Assembly: GCA_964016885.1 (NCBI GenBank)
Contig: OZ024755.1
Location: 39,680,001 to 39,744,000 of the forward strand
Reading direction: 5' to 3'
From: Eledone cirrhosa
Lineage: Eukaryota
Length of the DNA: 64,000 nt
Every line of letters starts with the position of its first letter. Position 1 is the first letter of the stretch. This document shows positions 10,600 through 22,533 of this stretch, piece after piece. The notes below the pieces were generated by a model. That model worked only from the letters and a program-made list of their open reading frames with translations, had not been told where the DNA came from and searched no databases. The position numbers were made by a program, and so were the translations under genes.

Positions 10600-10860
10600 T
10601 ACAATAGTTCTGTAGCAGTGAAGACTTGCGGCGTTCTTGGACCCCGGACTGCATCCCTACACACTGATATCCGAACACAGTTGGCCGCCAGCACGTGCGA
10701 ACCCCTTGAGGTGGAGTGGCTGTTCCAGCACGTCTCCCTTGTCGTCCTTCCGGGCAATCCATTCTCCATCCTGTCGGCCGGGACCAAGTGGAGGATGGGA
10801 AGGGCAAGTTAGTTGGTATTGGAATATACTCGTTCGGACGTCACTTTCATATATGTATTG
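10600..10860 (+). mobile_element. CRE-type RLE non-LTR retrotransposon 3' fragment
   Basis: AVKTCGVLGPRTASLHTDIRTQLAASTCEPLEVEWLFQHVSLVVLPGNPFSILSAG; homologous to 5085-5306. Confidence 0.7.
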
Positions 10861-10959
10861 AGTGCCTTTTTTAACTAAGTACCTAACCGCATAAACTACG
10901 CCTAATATAATACTATCTTCTTGAGACAAAGTATCTAAAATTATTATAAGAAATGTGTG

Positions 10960-11566
10960 GCAGGAATGAAGCATATTTATCTATTTGTAAAATATGTGTG
11001 TCTTTCCATGAAGTATGGAATGTTCCATTTGGTGTGTCAGGGGTGGAAGGTAGGAATGCATATCTATCTATTTGTAAAATATGTCTTTCCATGAAGTATG
11101 GAATGTTCCATTTGCTGCGTCAAGAGTGGAAGGTAGGAATGAAGCATATCTATCTATTTGTAAAATATGTGTGTCTTTCCATGAAGTATGGAATGTTCCA
11201 TTTGGTGTGTCAGGGTTGGAAGGTAGGAATGAAGCATATCTATCTATTTATAAAATGTGTGTCTTACCATGCAGTATGGAATGTTCCATTTGGTGTGTCA
11301 GGGGTGGAAGGAATACATATCTATCTATTTATTTGTAAAATATGTGTATCTTGCCATGAAGTATGGAATGTTCCATTTGGTGTGTCAGGAGTGGAAGGTA
11401 GGAATTCATATCTATCTATTTGTAAAATATGTATGTCGTTATTCAGAAGCATATCTATCTATTTGTAAAATATGTGTCTTTCCATTAAATATGGAATGTT
11501 CCATTTGGTGTGTCAGGGGTGGAAGGTAGGAATTCATATCTATCTATTTGTAAAATATGTATGTCG
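10960..11566. repeat. ~85-90-bp tandem repeat, ~7 copies
   Basis: Unit GCATATCTATCTATTTGTAAAATATGTGTGTCTTTCCATGAAGTATGGAATGTTCCATTTGGTGTGTCAGGGGTGGAAGGTAGGAAT recurs with small indels. Confidence 0.92.
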
Positions 11567-11984
11567 TAATTTAGATGATACATAATTTTATGAAGTGTTA
11601 AAAGATCACATACAGTATTTCAACGTTTCTTGCTGTTGCTCTGAGAAATTTAGGGGGAAATATAACATAAAGCACACCCTATAAATGTTCCAAAAAAATA
11701 GAGAGAAACGTGGGTTGTTTAACATGGAACAGAAAAGAAATATTAATACGAGGAAAATAAAAACTATATTAAACGAACCACTTTAAGATGTAAGAGAACA
11801 TGTGTGCAAGAATAAGAGAACATGTATGCAAGAATAAGAGAGTCATAAATAATATATCTATAAAATATTTATTCTTGTCAACAATATATTTTATGTAACA
11901 ATAGTTGTATAGTGGAAATATCTCGCCGAGGAAAAGTATGATAAACGTTGTTTAACTGTAGCAATGTTTTGGACCTTCCTCACT

Positions 11985-12240
11985 TACGACGATGAGTATT
12001 CCAGTTGTTCGAAAAATGGAACAGCTTTACTAGTGAACTTCACGTGCAAGTGACTATATATTTCACAGACACGAGAACTAATAAGGTAATTTTCAGGGAG
12101 ATTAAGTTTGACTTAATGTGTGACAAAACTGAAACTTTGAATTCCAAATATAACTCATATTTTCAGCTGAATGGACTGGAGCACCATGAAATAAAGTGTC
12201 TTGCTCAAGGACCCAACAGGCCACCTGAAATCCAACGGCT
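11985..12240 (-). mobile_element. Old SINE of a second family (CORE/V-like head segment)
   Basis: AAGTGTCTTGCTCAAGGACCCAAC (reverse of GTGTCCTTGAGCAAGACACTT-type SINE segment) plus CGTGCAAGTG...CACAGACACG...CAGGGAGATT; recognised from memory of cephalopod SINEs, single degraded copy. Confidence 0.5.
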
Positions 12241-12544
12241 TAACCCCAAAATTCACAGGAATAGTGTAAATATCAACGAGAAATTTGAACTCCCGTCCTG
12301 GTGTTCGATATATCTACGACATACCAATAGATGAGAATACCTTCACGCTATATTTACAATATCAGATATAGAAATATTTTGCTATCTACAGTCTATAAGC
12401 AATAATATAGTAAATTATTTTTTTTATCAATGCTATGTCAGTAAATCATTTTCAGGTATTTAACTGATTCGTAGAGTTATTGCTCTATAATACCATATAT
12501 TATTCATTTTTATATGTATTAAATAGCGCTCTCTATACAGACTG

Positions 12545-12702
<158 letters not shown>

Positions 12703-12704
<2 letters not shown>

Positions 12705-14138
12705 AAGGGTAAAGGAGATGCCCTAGATAGGGGAAACTATAGAGGCATTAAATTAATTGACCAGGTCATGAAGGTCACAGAAAAAGTAATAGCGCAACTA
12801 ATCAGAGAGCGAATTGATCTGGATGAAATGCAGTTCGGGTTTGTGTCAGGTAAAAGTACCACAGACGCTCTTTTCATTGTACGACAACTACAGGAGAAGT
12901 ACCTAGCTAAAGGTAAACTCCTATACTTAGCTTTTGTTGACTTGGAGAAAGCCTTTGATAGAGTCCCACGCCCCATTATCTGGTGGGCTCTCAGAAAACT
13001 AGGTGTTGATGAATGGCTTGTGAGAGCTATACAAATCATGTATAAAGAAACAGTCAGCAACGAATATAGTGAAGAGTTTAGCGTAAAAGTTGGTGTTCAT
13101 CAGGGCTCCGTCCTTAGCTCCCTACTATTTATTATTGCCCTTCAGGCTATAACAGAGGAATTCAAGACCGGCTGCCCATGGGAACTCCTATACGCAGATG
13201 ATCTAACGCTGATAGCTGAATCAATGGCTGAACTAGAGAAGAAATTCCAAACATGGAAGCATGGCCTAGAATCAAAAGGCCTTAAAATTAACCTGTCTAA
13301 GACTAAGGTTCTAGTTTGTAGGAAGGAAAATAGGGCACTGGTCCCATCTGGGAAATGGCCATGCTCAGTTGTAGGAAAGGAGTAGGCAAAAACTCCATTT
13401 TATGTCCCAAATGCAAAGTATGGGTGCATAAAAGATGTAGTGGGATCACAGGTAAGCTAACTAAGAATTTAGATTTTATATGTCGCCGGTGCTCAGGTGC
13501 AATAAGTAGCAGCAAGTGCCCACAGAATACTAGCACATTCCATTTCACAGATGGTTCTATAGAAATAGTGGACAGCTTCCGTTACATGTGTGACAAAATC
13601 AGCAGTGGTGGAGGGTGCTCTGAAAGTACAGTAGCCAGAGTCAGAACGGGATGGAAAAGTTTCAGAGAGCTTATACCACTATTGGCCGCTAAATGTTTCT
13701 CTCTAAAAATGAAAGGCCGGCTGTATGAAGCCTGCATACGAACAGCAATGTTACGTGGCAGTGAGACTTGGGCATTGTGTGAAGAGGATATACGCATACT
13801 GGAGAGGAACGAAGCTTGCATGCTCCGTTGGATGTGTAATACGTGAACGGCAAAGCATAAATGAACTAAGGGAGACATTAGGAATAAGAGGGATCAGATG
13901 TTGTTTACTCGAGAGAAGACTACTTTGGTATGGTCATGTGAGGCGCATGAAAGACGACAGCTGTATAAAAAAGTGCAGGGCGATAAAAATAGACGGTAGC
14001 CACGGTGTAGGCAGACCCAGAAAAACCTGGGACGACTTGATAAATTCCGACCACACACACTTACACCTCTGCAAGACAATGTCACTGGACCGAGATCTTT
14101 GGCGCTACACAGTAATACGGAAGACCCGCCTTGCCTAA
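12703..14138 (+). pseudogene. RTE ORF2 reverse transcriptase, frameshifted near 13370 and 13843
   Basis: Three overlapping ORFs (12480-13385, 13355-13846, 13725-14138) join into one RT protein. Confidence 0.9.
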
Positions 14139-14541
14139 GTACAAAGCGAAACCTACAGTCAGTAGGCACCTCTTAACAAAAATACACCCCCAGTCCCACT
14201 ACCCCCACCCCATCCACACCACCCCTTTTGATGGAAAGTTATGTTGGTACCACAACATCCAGTCCGAAATAAATGAGGTCGTGTAGGTATCACAACAAAA
14301 AAAAACACAGTCCACCCTGTAATGTGGCCGTGTAGGTAACACGGTAAAAACCTCCCAGTCCACACTGTAAACGTGGTTGGTGTTAGAAAGGGCATCCAGC
14401 TGTAGAAAACCCCCCAGACAGTCCTATACGAGCAAGACAACCAATCTTGCCTCAAGTGGGAAAATTCCTGTTCAAACCCATGCAAGCGTGGAAGATGGAC
14501 GTTAAGCGATGATGATGATGATGATGATGATAATGATGATC
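12703..14541 (+). mobile_element. 5'-truncated RTE-clade LINE (RT, PHD-like finger, thumb, 3' UTR, (GAT)n tail)
   Basis: KGKGDALDRGNYRGIKL...QFGF...AFVDLEKAFDRVPR...GVHQGSVLS..LF...YADDL; C-terminal YGSETW-like and LLWYGHVRRM...GRPRKTW typical of RTE; stop at 14138; tail GATGATGAT at 14508-14541. Confidence 0.93.
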
Positions 14542-14657
14542 ATATATATATTTATATAAATATAGTAATAATAATAATAAATTTGAAGACTAAAATCCAA
14601 AGAGGGCTCGATAAGGATAAATATATATAAAAATATATAAGAACCGTAGAGCAACAA

Positions 14658-14727
14658 TTTATTAAAATAACAGATTAAAGTTTAAGCAAAGAATTATTTG
14701 CTTAAACTTTAATGTTATTTTAATAAA
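14658..14727. repeat. Fold-back palindrome (~31-33-bp arms, 6-nt spacer)
   Basis: TTTATTAAAATAACAGATTAAAGTTTAAGCAAA-gaatta-TTTGCTTAAACTTTAAT--GTTATTTTAATAAA; left arm matches 3384-3416. Confidence 0.85.
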
Positions 14728-14777
14728 TATATATAACAATATATATATATATATAAATACATATACAGTATATATAA

Positions 14778-14869
<92 letters not shown>

Positions 14870-14952
14870 CGCCATCTCCAATCTCCCTATCTTTATTCTG
14901 ATTGTTCGTGTGACTAGGTTTTTGTGGAGCTTATACTCAATACTGTATTTAT

Positions 14953-15003
14953 TATGCTCTGATGATTCCTGCCAAAAGGTGAGGATGAAATATTGTAAGT
15001 GAA
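14953..15003 (+). ncRNA. Putative hammerhead ribozyme (degenerate stems I/III) in a ~180-bp insert within (TA)n
   Basis: CTGATGA 14959-14965; stem II TCCT-GCC-aaaa-GGT-g-AGGA; GAAA 14987-14990; TA then AGTG; AATAAA at 15002-15007. Confidence 0.55.
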
Positions 15004-15091
15004 TAAAGACTGTTTAAGTATGTAAGTCTTCTTTGGTTTCTTTTGCATATATATATATATTTATATATATATATGTATATATATATATAAG

Positions 15092-15134
<43 letters not shown>

Positions 15135-15139
<5 letters not shown>

Positions 15140-15674
15140 TACATTGGAAGGGTCATGTTGCCAGTAAGAAACACACGCACCAGTTGCTTTCACTTCAATT
15201 TATTATAATAAATTTATAAATTTAGGAATTTATAATTTTCCGGTTGGTTGGTTCCACAACCAGATGGTTGTTTATATATTGTCAAAGTTCTTTCGTCACA
15301 CATAATGTGACCTCTTCAGTGACTGGGGATTCTTTTCTTTGTTTTTTGTGCCTCTCCTTTGTTCTGTCCTACGCCATTTTGTTTTTGTGTGTGTGTTGTG
15401 TGCTTAGTTTGCGCATGTGTTACATCCGGGTGTCTGTGTGTGTTTATATTCGTTTATTTATTTGTTTATTTACATGTTACTGGTTGGTTGTTTGTTCTAT
15501 GTGTGTGTGTGTTTTCATTTTGTCCTTAATTGTAAGTTGTGATGTTGCTGTTCCACTCATGTTTTCTATTTAATTTTGTTTGTAATTCATTTATGTTTAT
15601 TGCCTCTGTGATTTGTCTAAACATTGCGTCTTTTCTGTGTGTAGATTCTATTTTTATTTCTATGTTCTCTAATT
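15135..15674 (-). mobile_element. Penelope-like element 3' end, copy 2
   Basis: Colinear with 651-1193 with scattered differences; flanked by (TA)n on both sides. Confidence 0.75.
15281..15323 (-). ncRNA. Minimal type-I hammerhead ribozyme, copy 2
   Basis: Same as 802-844; only loop II differs. Confidence 0.7.
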
Positions 15675-15892
<218 letters not shown>

Positions 15893-16026
15893 CAGAACAC
15901 ACTCACTGTTTGGTTGGTTTTCGCTTCTGTATCTTTTATTTCAGTTAATTAATTCAGTCCTCAATGTTTACCATTGACTGACCAACGGACAAAAATACAG
16001 ATATAATATAGATATAAACACATATA

Positions 16027-16270
16027 TACTACTACTACTACTACTACACTGCTGCTACTATTACTGCTGCTACTGCTACTACTACTACTACTACTACAAC
16101 TACTACTACTACTACTAGTACTACTGCTGCTACTAGTACTACTTCTACTACTGCTGCTACTAATACTACTACTACTGCTGCTACTAATACTACTACTACT
16201 ACTGCTACTACTACTACTGCTACTACTACTACTGCTACTTCTACTACCACTGCTACTATTACTACGACTA
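16027..16270. repeat. (ACT)n/(GCT)n trinucleotide microsatellite
   Basis: Direct reading. Confidence 0.93.
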
Positions 16271-16536
16271 CCTCTCTCTATACATATAAGTTTCCATGGA
16301 TTACACTGATCCATCGAAACTGGTTATATTTTATATATGTTATATACATTATAAAACTTCTCTTTAAAAAAATTGTTCCTCTCATTTTTTCAATAATGTC
16401 ACTTTGACGAATCAAAGAAGAAAAGAAAAACAGATCCTTTAAATATAATGTTCGTCCTATTTCCAATTCCTCTCTCTCTTTGCCTCTCTCGTTCTCTTTC
16501 TATCTCCCTCTCTCTCTCTCTGTGTATATATTTATA

Positions 16537-16710
<174 letters not shown>

Positions 16711-17339
16711 AGAGAGTATTGAAGTTTGCTTGAAGCATTGTGGAACAATAAGTAAATATCTTTAAGTCGTTTGGAAGCCTCGACAATGCAAATGTCGAAC
16801 ATACGAACATACTACACTGCCAATACAGATGAACAATGCAACAACACACACACACAACACACACACTCAAGCGAGACAACAACACACAGTAACATTTAAC
16901 AAACAGGCAGAGAATGGACTGACAGCTAGCGCCATCCCACTCCCTCATTCGGCCGCTGACCTCTGTACGACCGACCCCATTTCACGCGCACGCGCGCTCT
17001 GCCGAATACCTCAGATATTCAAAACAACAAACAGCGAAAGACGCGTTTCGGACTTGTCTGACAGACAACCTTTTCCCCCACCCCGGAAAAAACCCCAGTC
17101 GATGGATGTGAATCCGAAATATATAGGGACTATTAAATCTCTCCCAAGGTAACTCTCTCTTGTGTTGTTATTTTTATTTTTATCCTTTATACTCTTCCCT
17201 TCATTCTACACATCTCACACATCTTATACACACCACGCATCTCAACGTTCACCCACTTACATCTCTCTCTCCATCACCGGACCTTGTTACCCGGAGATTT
17301 ACCCATTTGCATTGTCGAGGCTTCCAAACGACTTAAAGA

Positions 17340-17345
<6 letters not shown>
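16711..17345. mobile_element. Unclassified element in (TA)n with a perfect 42-bp inverted repeat
   Basis: TAAATATCTTTAAGTCGTTTGGAAGCCTCGACAATGCAAATG 16753-16794 is the exact reverse complement of 17304-17345. Confidence 0.65.
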
Positions 17346-17386
<41 letters not shown>

Positions 17387-17427
17387 TCAAGTTTGCAATT
17401 TTCAACAGTTGAAAATTGCAAACTTGA
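17387..17427. repeat. Perfect palindrome, 20-bp arms, 1-nt spacer
   Basis: TCAAGTTTGCAATTTTCAAC-A-GTTGAAAATTGCAAACTTGA. Confidence 0.93.
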
Positions 17428-17443
17428 ATGTTACCACATATTA

Positions 17444-17482
17444 TGAACCTGAAGATTGCGAAAGCATGAAAGTACTTGTTCA
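17444..17482 (+). ncRNA. Minimal type-I hammerhead ribozyme
   Basis: TGAAC-CTGAAGA-T-TGC-gaaa-GCA-T-GAAA-GTAC-TT-GTTCA: 5-bp stem I, GAAA tetraloop stem II, palindromic stem III. Confidence 0.75.
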
Positions 17483-17594
17483 ATTAACACTTAACATTTA
17501 ATATTTTACCATACTATTTCATTCTAATACCATTATAAATTTTAAAGGATTGTAAATAAAACGAGTAAATCAGACAAAGTTGGAATTCCTTTTA

Positions 17595-17637
<43 letters not shown>

Positions 17638-17727
17638 GTGTATAATGGTAGCTAAGGTGCTTCCATAGGCGGTATGCCAAAATTAGCACTCGATATTCAT
17701 CAGAGTAGAGTGTAGATCGTATAAAGA

Positions 17728-19683
17728 AAATTAGACTTTAAAACTAAACTACCGGTTAGGTTAATACCACCCTCCAAATCAGACCTAGGCAGGACCAGCA
17801 AGAATATTGTAGATAGGATAATACCCGTACTTAGAAGCAAAACTAAGCTTAGCCTATGGACCTCCACTAAGGAGGTAATTGACTGGTTCTCGTTAATAGC
17901 TGACAAACACCAAGTAAATTTTATTCAGTTAGACATAGATAGCTACTACGCGTCAGTATCTCCGATACTAGTCAATAAAGCCCTCATAAGCGCCATGGCC
18001 AGATCTGGCCTCACTAGGGACGAGACCAACCTCATAGTAGCAGCCAGAAAGACGCTAATTAGTTTCGAAGACAAGTTATGGGAGAGGAGGGACAGACCCG
18101 ACAGTTTCGATATCACCATGGGGTCAAGTGACTCGGCGCAGGTGACCGACCTTGTAGAGATATATTTCATCCATAGGCTGACGTAGGATATCCCGGGGAT
18201 CGGAGGTGGAATATACAGAGACGACGCACTTTTCACCTTCCGTTCCCTTAACCCCAGTCAGATGGAGCGTATGAGGAAGCGCATATCGCATTTTTTTAAA
18301 CAACACGGCTTATCCGTGACAATAGACACTAGCACTAAGACGGTCAATTTCCTGGAGGTTACCTTGGAAATGAGTACGGGCATCCACAGACCATACCATA
18401 AGCCCAACGAAAACCTGCAATATGTGAACAGGCAATCGAATCACCCTAAGTCAGTCATAGAAGCCAGAGTTAAAGGGGTATCCAAACGCGTATCCACCCT
18501 GTCGTCGAACGCCAAATATTATAATGAGGCACTGCGTAGGGCCGGTTACAAAGACACCATAATATATACCCCAGATAGAGTAGAGCCTAGTGATAAGGCG
18601 TGCAGAAATGCCAATAGCAAGCGCTCCTCCATAGGTAGAAGAATTGACCCGGTAGCAGTATCCAGGAACACAAATAACAACACAACTAGCATTAATGACA
18701 CAGGACCAACCCGAGGTAGGACTAAGGCACCCATAGGAGCCAGACCACTCAGTACGCGGAGGCATGGGCCTCACACGCACACTGCATACTCCACGCCAAC
18801 TGGGACCACGGACAGGACTTCGACAAAAACGAACGGAGCACACGCCAGGGAGCACGATCACCCTGGTTGTAGTGCTACAGCACCGACAACAGCATCACAT
18901 AGACCGAAGGGGAATAGACGTATAGATGACCTCATAGAACGACGTAACTTTATAACTGTAGAGCATAACCCGACGCACTTAGCGGGCAAATAGACAGAGA
19001 CAAAACACGGGACGAAACTGTGGTTGGGCCGAGCACTGGACGGGCATCGAGTCCTGGACACACCAACAAGAATCCAAGCACAAGAAGGAACAGATCTAAG
19101 GCCGTTACCTGGTTTAATGCGCCTTACTCCAAACATGTACGCACCAACGTGCCAGGACTTTTCTTCCGAGCGCTAGATGAGTGCTTTCTGCCAACAAACA
19201 AATACCACAAAATCTTCAACCGCCACACGGTGAAATTTTTCTTCTCCACAGCGCCTAATATGGCCGACTACATGGCTAAAACTAAGGCGGTGAAGATGGT
19301 GCACACTGGCCGTAAACCGCGGCGACAGAGTGACCGTCTTTCGGAGCGCGGAGAACCAACCAGGGACCTGCCCTCAAATGACAACCCGGCCCCCGACGCG
19401 ACCAGAGCGCCCGCGGAGGGCGATATGGTCCAACACCGAGAGGGAAACAGTGGCATGGGGGAGACAACAGTGTCGGCGTTACAACACCCTGAGAACCGTG
19501 AGAGGTCCATAACAGACCGAGGCCCGGACATCGGATGCACAAGAACTGACAGCTGAACTTGTAACTGTAGAGCAGGCACGCGGTGCCCCCTACAGGGAAA
19601 ATGCTTGATGAAAGACGTAATATACAAGTCTGTGGTTACAACCCAAAACGTGCATCGCACCTACATTGGCGCAACATCTAGAA
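17728..19683 (+). mobile_element. Decayed Penelope-like retroelement: RT, linker, Cys cluster, start of C-terminal GIY-YIG endonuclease
   Basis: LPVRLIPPSKSDLGRTSK...WTSTKEVIDWF...FIQLDIDSYYASVS...FDITMGSSDSAQVTDLV...*...GIYRDD...VNFLEVTL...YVNRQSNHP...WFNAPYSKHVRTN...HKIFNRHTVK...*TCNCRAGTRCPLQGKC...VIY...YIGAT; stops at 18184, 18991, 19554 and a frameshift near 19000. Confidence 0.9.
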
Positions 19684-19761
19684 TGAACAAATCCTGAATG
19701 TATTTATTGACAGTGGATTTTAAAATATCAGTCAATAAATAGACCAGGATTTTTTCATTCT
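19680..19761. repeat. Imperfect fold-back palindrome (~40-bp arms)
   Basis: AGAATGAACAAATCCTG..TATTTATTGAC..ATTTTAAAAT..GTCAATAAATA..CAGGATTTTTTCATTCT. Confidence 0.8.
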
Positions 19762-19813
19762 GATGACTGAAAGCAAATTTTGCTGGCTTTCAAGAAAGCA
19801 CTGGTAAATGAAA
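19753..19813 (+). ncRNA. Type-I hammerhead ribozyme
   Basis: TTTCATT-CTGATGA-C-TGAAAGC-loop-GCTTTCA-A-GAAA-GCACTGG-TA-AATGAAA: perfect 7-bp stems I and II. Confidence 0.78.
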
Positions 19814-19980
19814 TAATTATCTTATGTTGTTTATTACATAACTAATAAGCTCTGTAACCTACATAGAGCACTCTTTTTTCTGGACCTTTCCGACGGAATT
19901 ACTTCATTCACACACATATATTTATATACCAAATGAAGAAAATGGAGTTAAAGTCTCATGTTAATCCCCTGTATTTTAAT

Positions 19981-20012
<32 letters not shown>

Positions 20013-20013
20013 T

Positions 20014-20083
<70 letters not shown>
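19981..20083. repeat. (GATA)n microsatellite
   Basis: Direct reading. Confidence 0.95.
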
Positions 20084-20705
20084 GGGAGATGTGTGTGTGT
20101 CTATGTGTGTGTTTAGGCGTGTATATATGTATGGGGGATATGCCTGTGTATGTATATGATTTTATTATTTATAAAATCACTGGAAACGTGATCGATATAT
20201 GATATAAATCATTAAGAGTCTTTAGGATAAATATGATTTCACCGATGTATATTTTGTTCACAACATAACTACATGAGGTTCTTTACAAAAATATATGAAT
20301 AATTAATTGCTGCTTTTTAATAGCTACCTAGCCCCACACCTACATATATCAGATAGAATTCTAATCACCTAATGGCTTATTTCGATAGGAATATCATACT
20401 ATATGATTTTATAACATGTGTTGATGTGTAAATATATTTGAGACGAAGGAGTTGGGTAGCTTTTAGAAATGGAGATAAACTGAAATTTCATTTCATATAT
20501 ATTATTTTGTTTTCATTATGATTTCCAAATTAATAATTTGTGATTCCTCAATCCAACCTTTCTGGGATTATTCTAGATTTAATTGATTTAGGGTAAAATC
20601 ATTTGCTAACGTAGTATTTCGATACGATATGTTCCTACTCTTTAGTTAGAGAAATAAATAATGTGTTTGTTACTTACACTGGCGATCTGTACTTCTGTTT
20701 GTGTG

Positions 20706-20726
20706 TTAGGGTTAGGGTTAGGGTTA
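20706..20726 (+). repeat. Interstitial (TTAGGG)3.5
   Basis: TTAGGGTTAGGGTTAGGGTTA. Confidence 0.85.
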
Positions 20727-21137
20727 AAGAAAACAGTTTATATTTTGGCTACACTTAGCCTTTTCTACCACAAATAACTACAAACATATTTCTTCAACTG
20801 AAACCCTCAAAAATATATTATTTATATAATACTAAAAGTCTGTGCTTGCATGCTTACCTGTCTGTAATGTAATACAGCCAAAGGGGCGCATAATTGGAGA
20901 ATACTTTGAAAGGGAGTTGCCCCTGAAATGGGAATACAAATGGAATAAAACAAGTTTCGCGTAAATCTGACCACGGGTTCCCGAGATATGGGGTTTTTCC
21001 GGGTACCTTCATGAACAAAGAGAGCGAGAAGGATAGAGAGGAAGAGATAGTGGTTGTGAGAGAGTAGATTGAAAGAGTGACATAGAGAGAGGGAGAGGAG
21101 ACAGAGAAGGATAATGGAAGAGGGTTGGTGATGTTGT

Positions 21138-21142
21138 GTATA

Positions 21143-21175
<33 letters not shown>

Positions 21176-21401
21176 GTTTGAATATGTGTGGGTGTGTGTC
21201 TGACCAGTGCATATAGATCACAGACACCCACATATATATACACACACATACGTATATATATACACATATTTATATATATACACACACATATATATATACA
21301 CACATTTATATATATACACACATACATATATATTTATACACACATGTATATAGATATATACATACACAAACGTATCTATATATATATATATATATATATA
21401 T
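21138..21401. repeat. (TA)n/(CA)n low-complexity tract
   Basis: Direct reading. Confidence 0.85.
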
Positions 21402-21831
21402 GGGCCTTCCAGTTTCATTTCACATAATATACATGTCTGTGTATATTTTAATTATTAAAGAATTACTTTTAAGTGAACATGATTTAAAAAAATATTGTCT
21501 CTATCTATGTCTCTGTATGTTGGGAAAGTTTGGCAATTGTGAAGGTAATGTTTTCCAACTATTTTAGGGAAATCTATGAAACCAAATTAACTATCTATCT
21601 AATTATGAATATGTATTTGTAGGGAATGACCCTTCGTATTACCGACATGACCCCGTAGGATACATTAACATAAAACTATCCCTTCAAACATATTGAAAGC
21701 TAAAGTGAATGAGACATAACTGTCGTTTATAATTAACGTTATCAGAAATAAGAGACAAGATGGAAATAGAAAGACGACGACGCCATGGATGCTTAGAAGA
21801 TTCCCTGTAAACACTTGTTAGTTTATTTATT

Positions 21832-22485
21832 ATGATCTCAGTTCAAATCACGCCGAGGTTAACTTTGCCTTTCATCCTTACGGGGTCGATAAAATAAAGT
21901 ACCAGTAATACACTGGGATAATTGCTGGCCTTGTGCCAAAAGTAGAAACAATTATTATTATTATTATTACTTCTATTATTAAGTGCGGTGGAGTGGCAGT
22001 ATCGGTAGAGGGTCGGACGCCATCTTTGCAGCAAAGTGTTACGTCCCTTTATGATCTGAGTTCAAATCCCGCCGAGGTTAACTTTGCCTTTCATCATTAC
22101 GAGGTTGATAAAATAAAGTACCAGTAATGCACTGACATAATTACTGGCCTTGTGCCAAAAGTAGAAACAATAATTTCTTTTATTACCAGTAATACACTGG
22201 GTAATTGCTGGCCTTGTGCCAAAAGTAGAAACAATTATTGGTGTATGTAGTGGAGGTAGTAGTGGAATAGAAGAGTCGTTAGACCGTCGGACACCCTGCT
22301 TCGTGGCATAGAGTTACAGCCCAGGTTAGCTTTGCCTTTCATCTATACGGGGTCGATAGTATAAAGTACCAGTAATGCACACATACAAATTGCTGGCCTT
22401 GTTCTTAAGGCAGAAATCCTTATTGTTGTTGTTGTACCAGTAATGTACTGATTCATTGCTGGCCTTGTGCCCAAAGTAGAAACAG
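21832..22485 (+). mobile_element. Head-to-tail cluster of ~5 full and partial tRNA-SINE copies
   Basis: Copies at ~21832-21952, 21984-22170, 22184-22237, 22255-22420, 22434-22485, each with ACCAGTAAT...CTGGCCTTGT. Confidence 0.88.
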
Positions 22486-22533
22486 ATATTAATATTATTA
22501 AGTAAAATAAAGTTGACATTTTTGTTGTTGGAA

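Noticed and set aside
15961-16314. PolyS / polyV ORFs
   Set aside because: Translation of an (ACT)n microsatellite
17030-17110. Minus-strand GAAACGCGTC as a complete hammerhead
   Set aside because: No CTGANGA upstream at a compatible position
17650-17708. Minus-strand hammerhead (CTGATGA...GGAA)
   Set aside because: GAAA is mutated and stems I and III are unconvincing; at best a relic
19554-19556. In-frame TGA before CNCR as selenocysteine
   Set aside because: Position does not correspond to a conserved Cys, CGA->TGA decay is simpler, the copy has other stops and a frameshift, and no SECIS was seen
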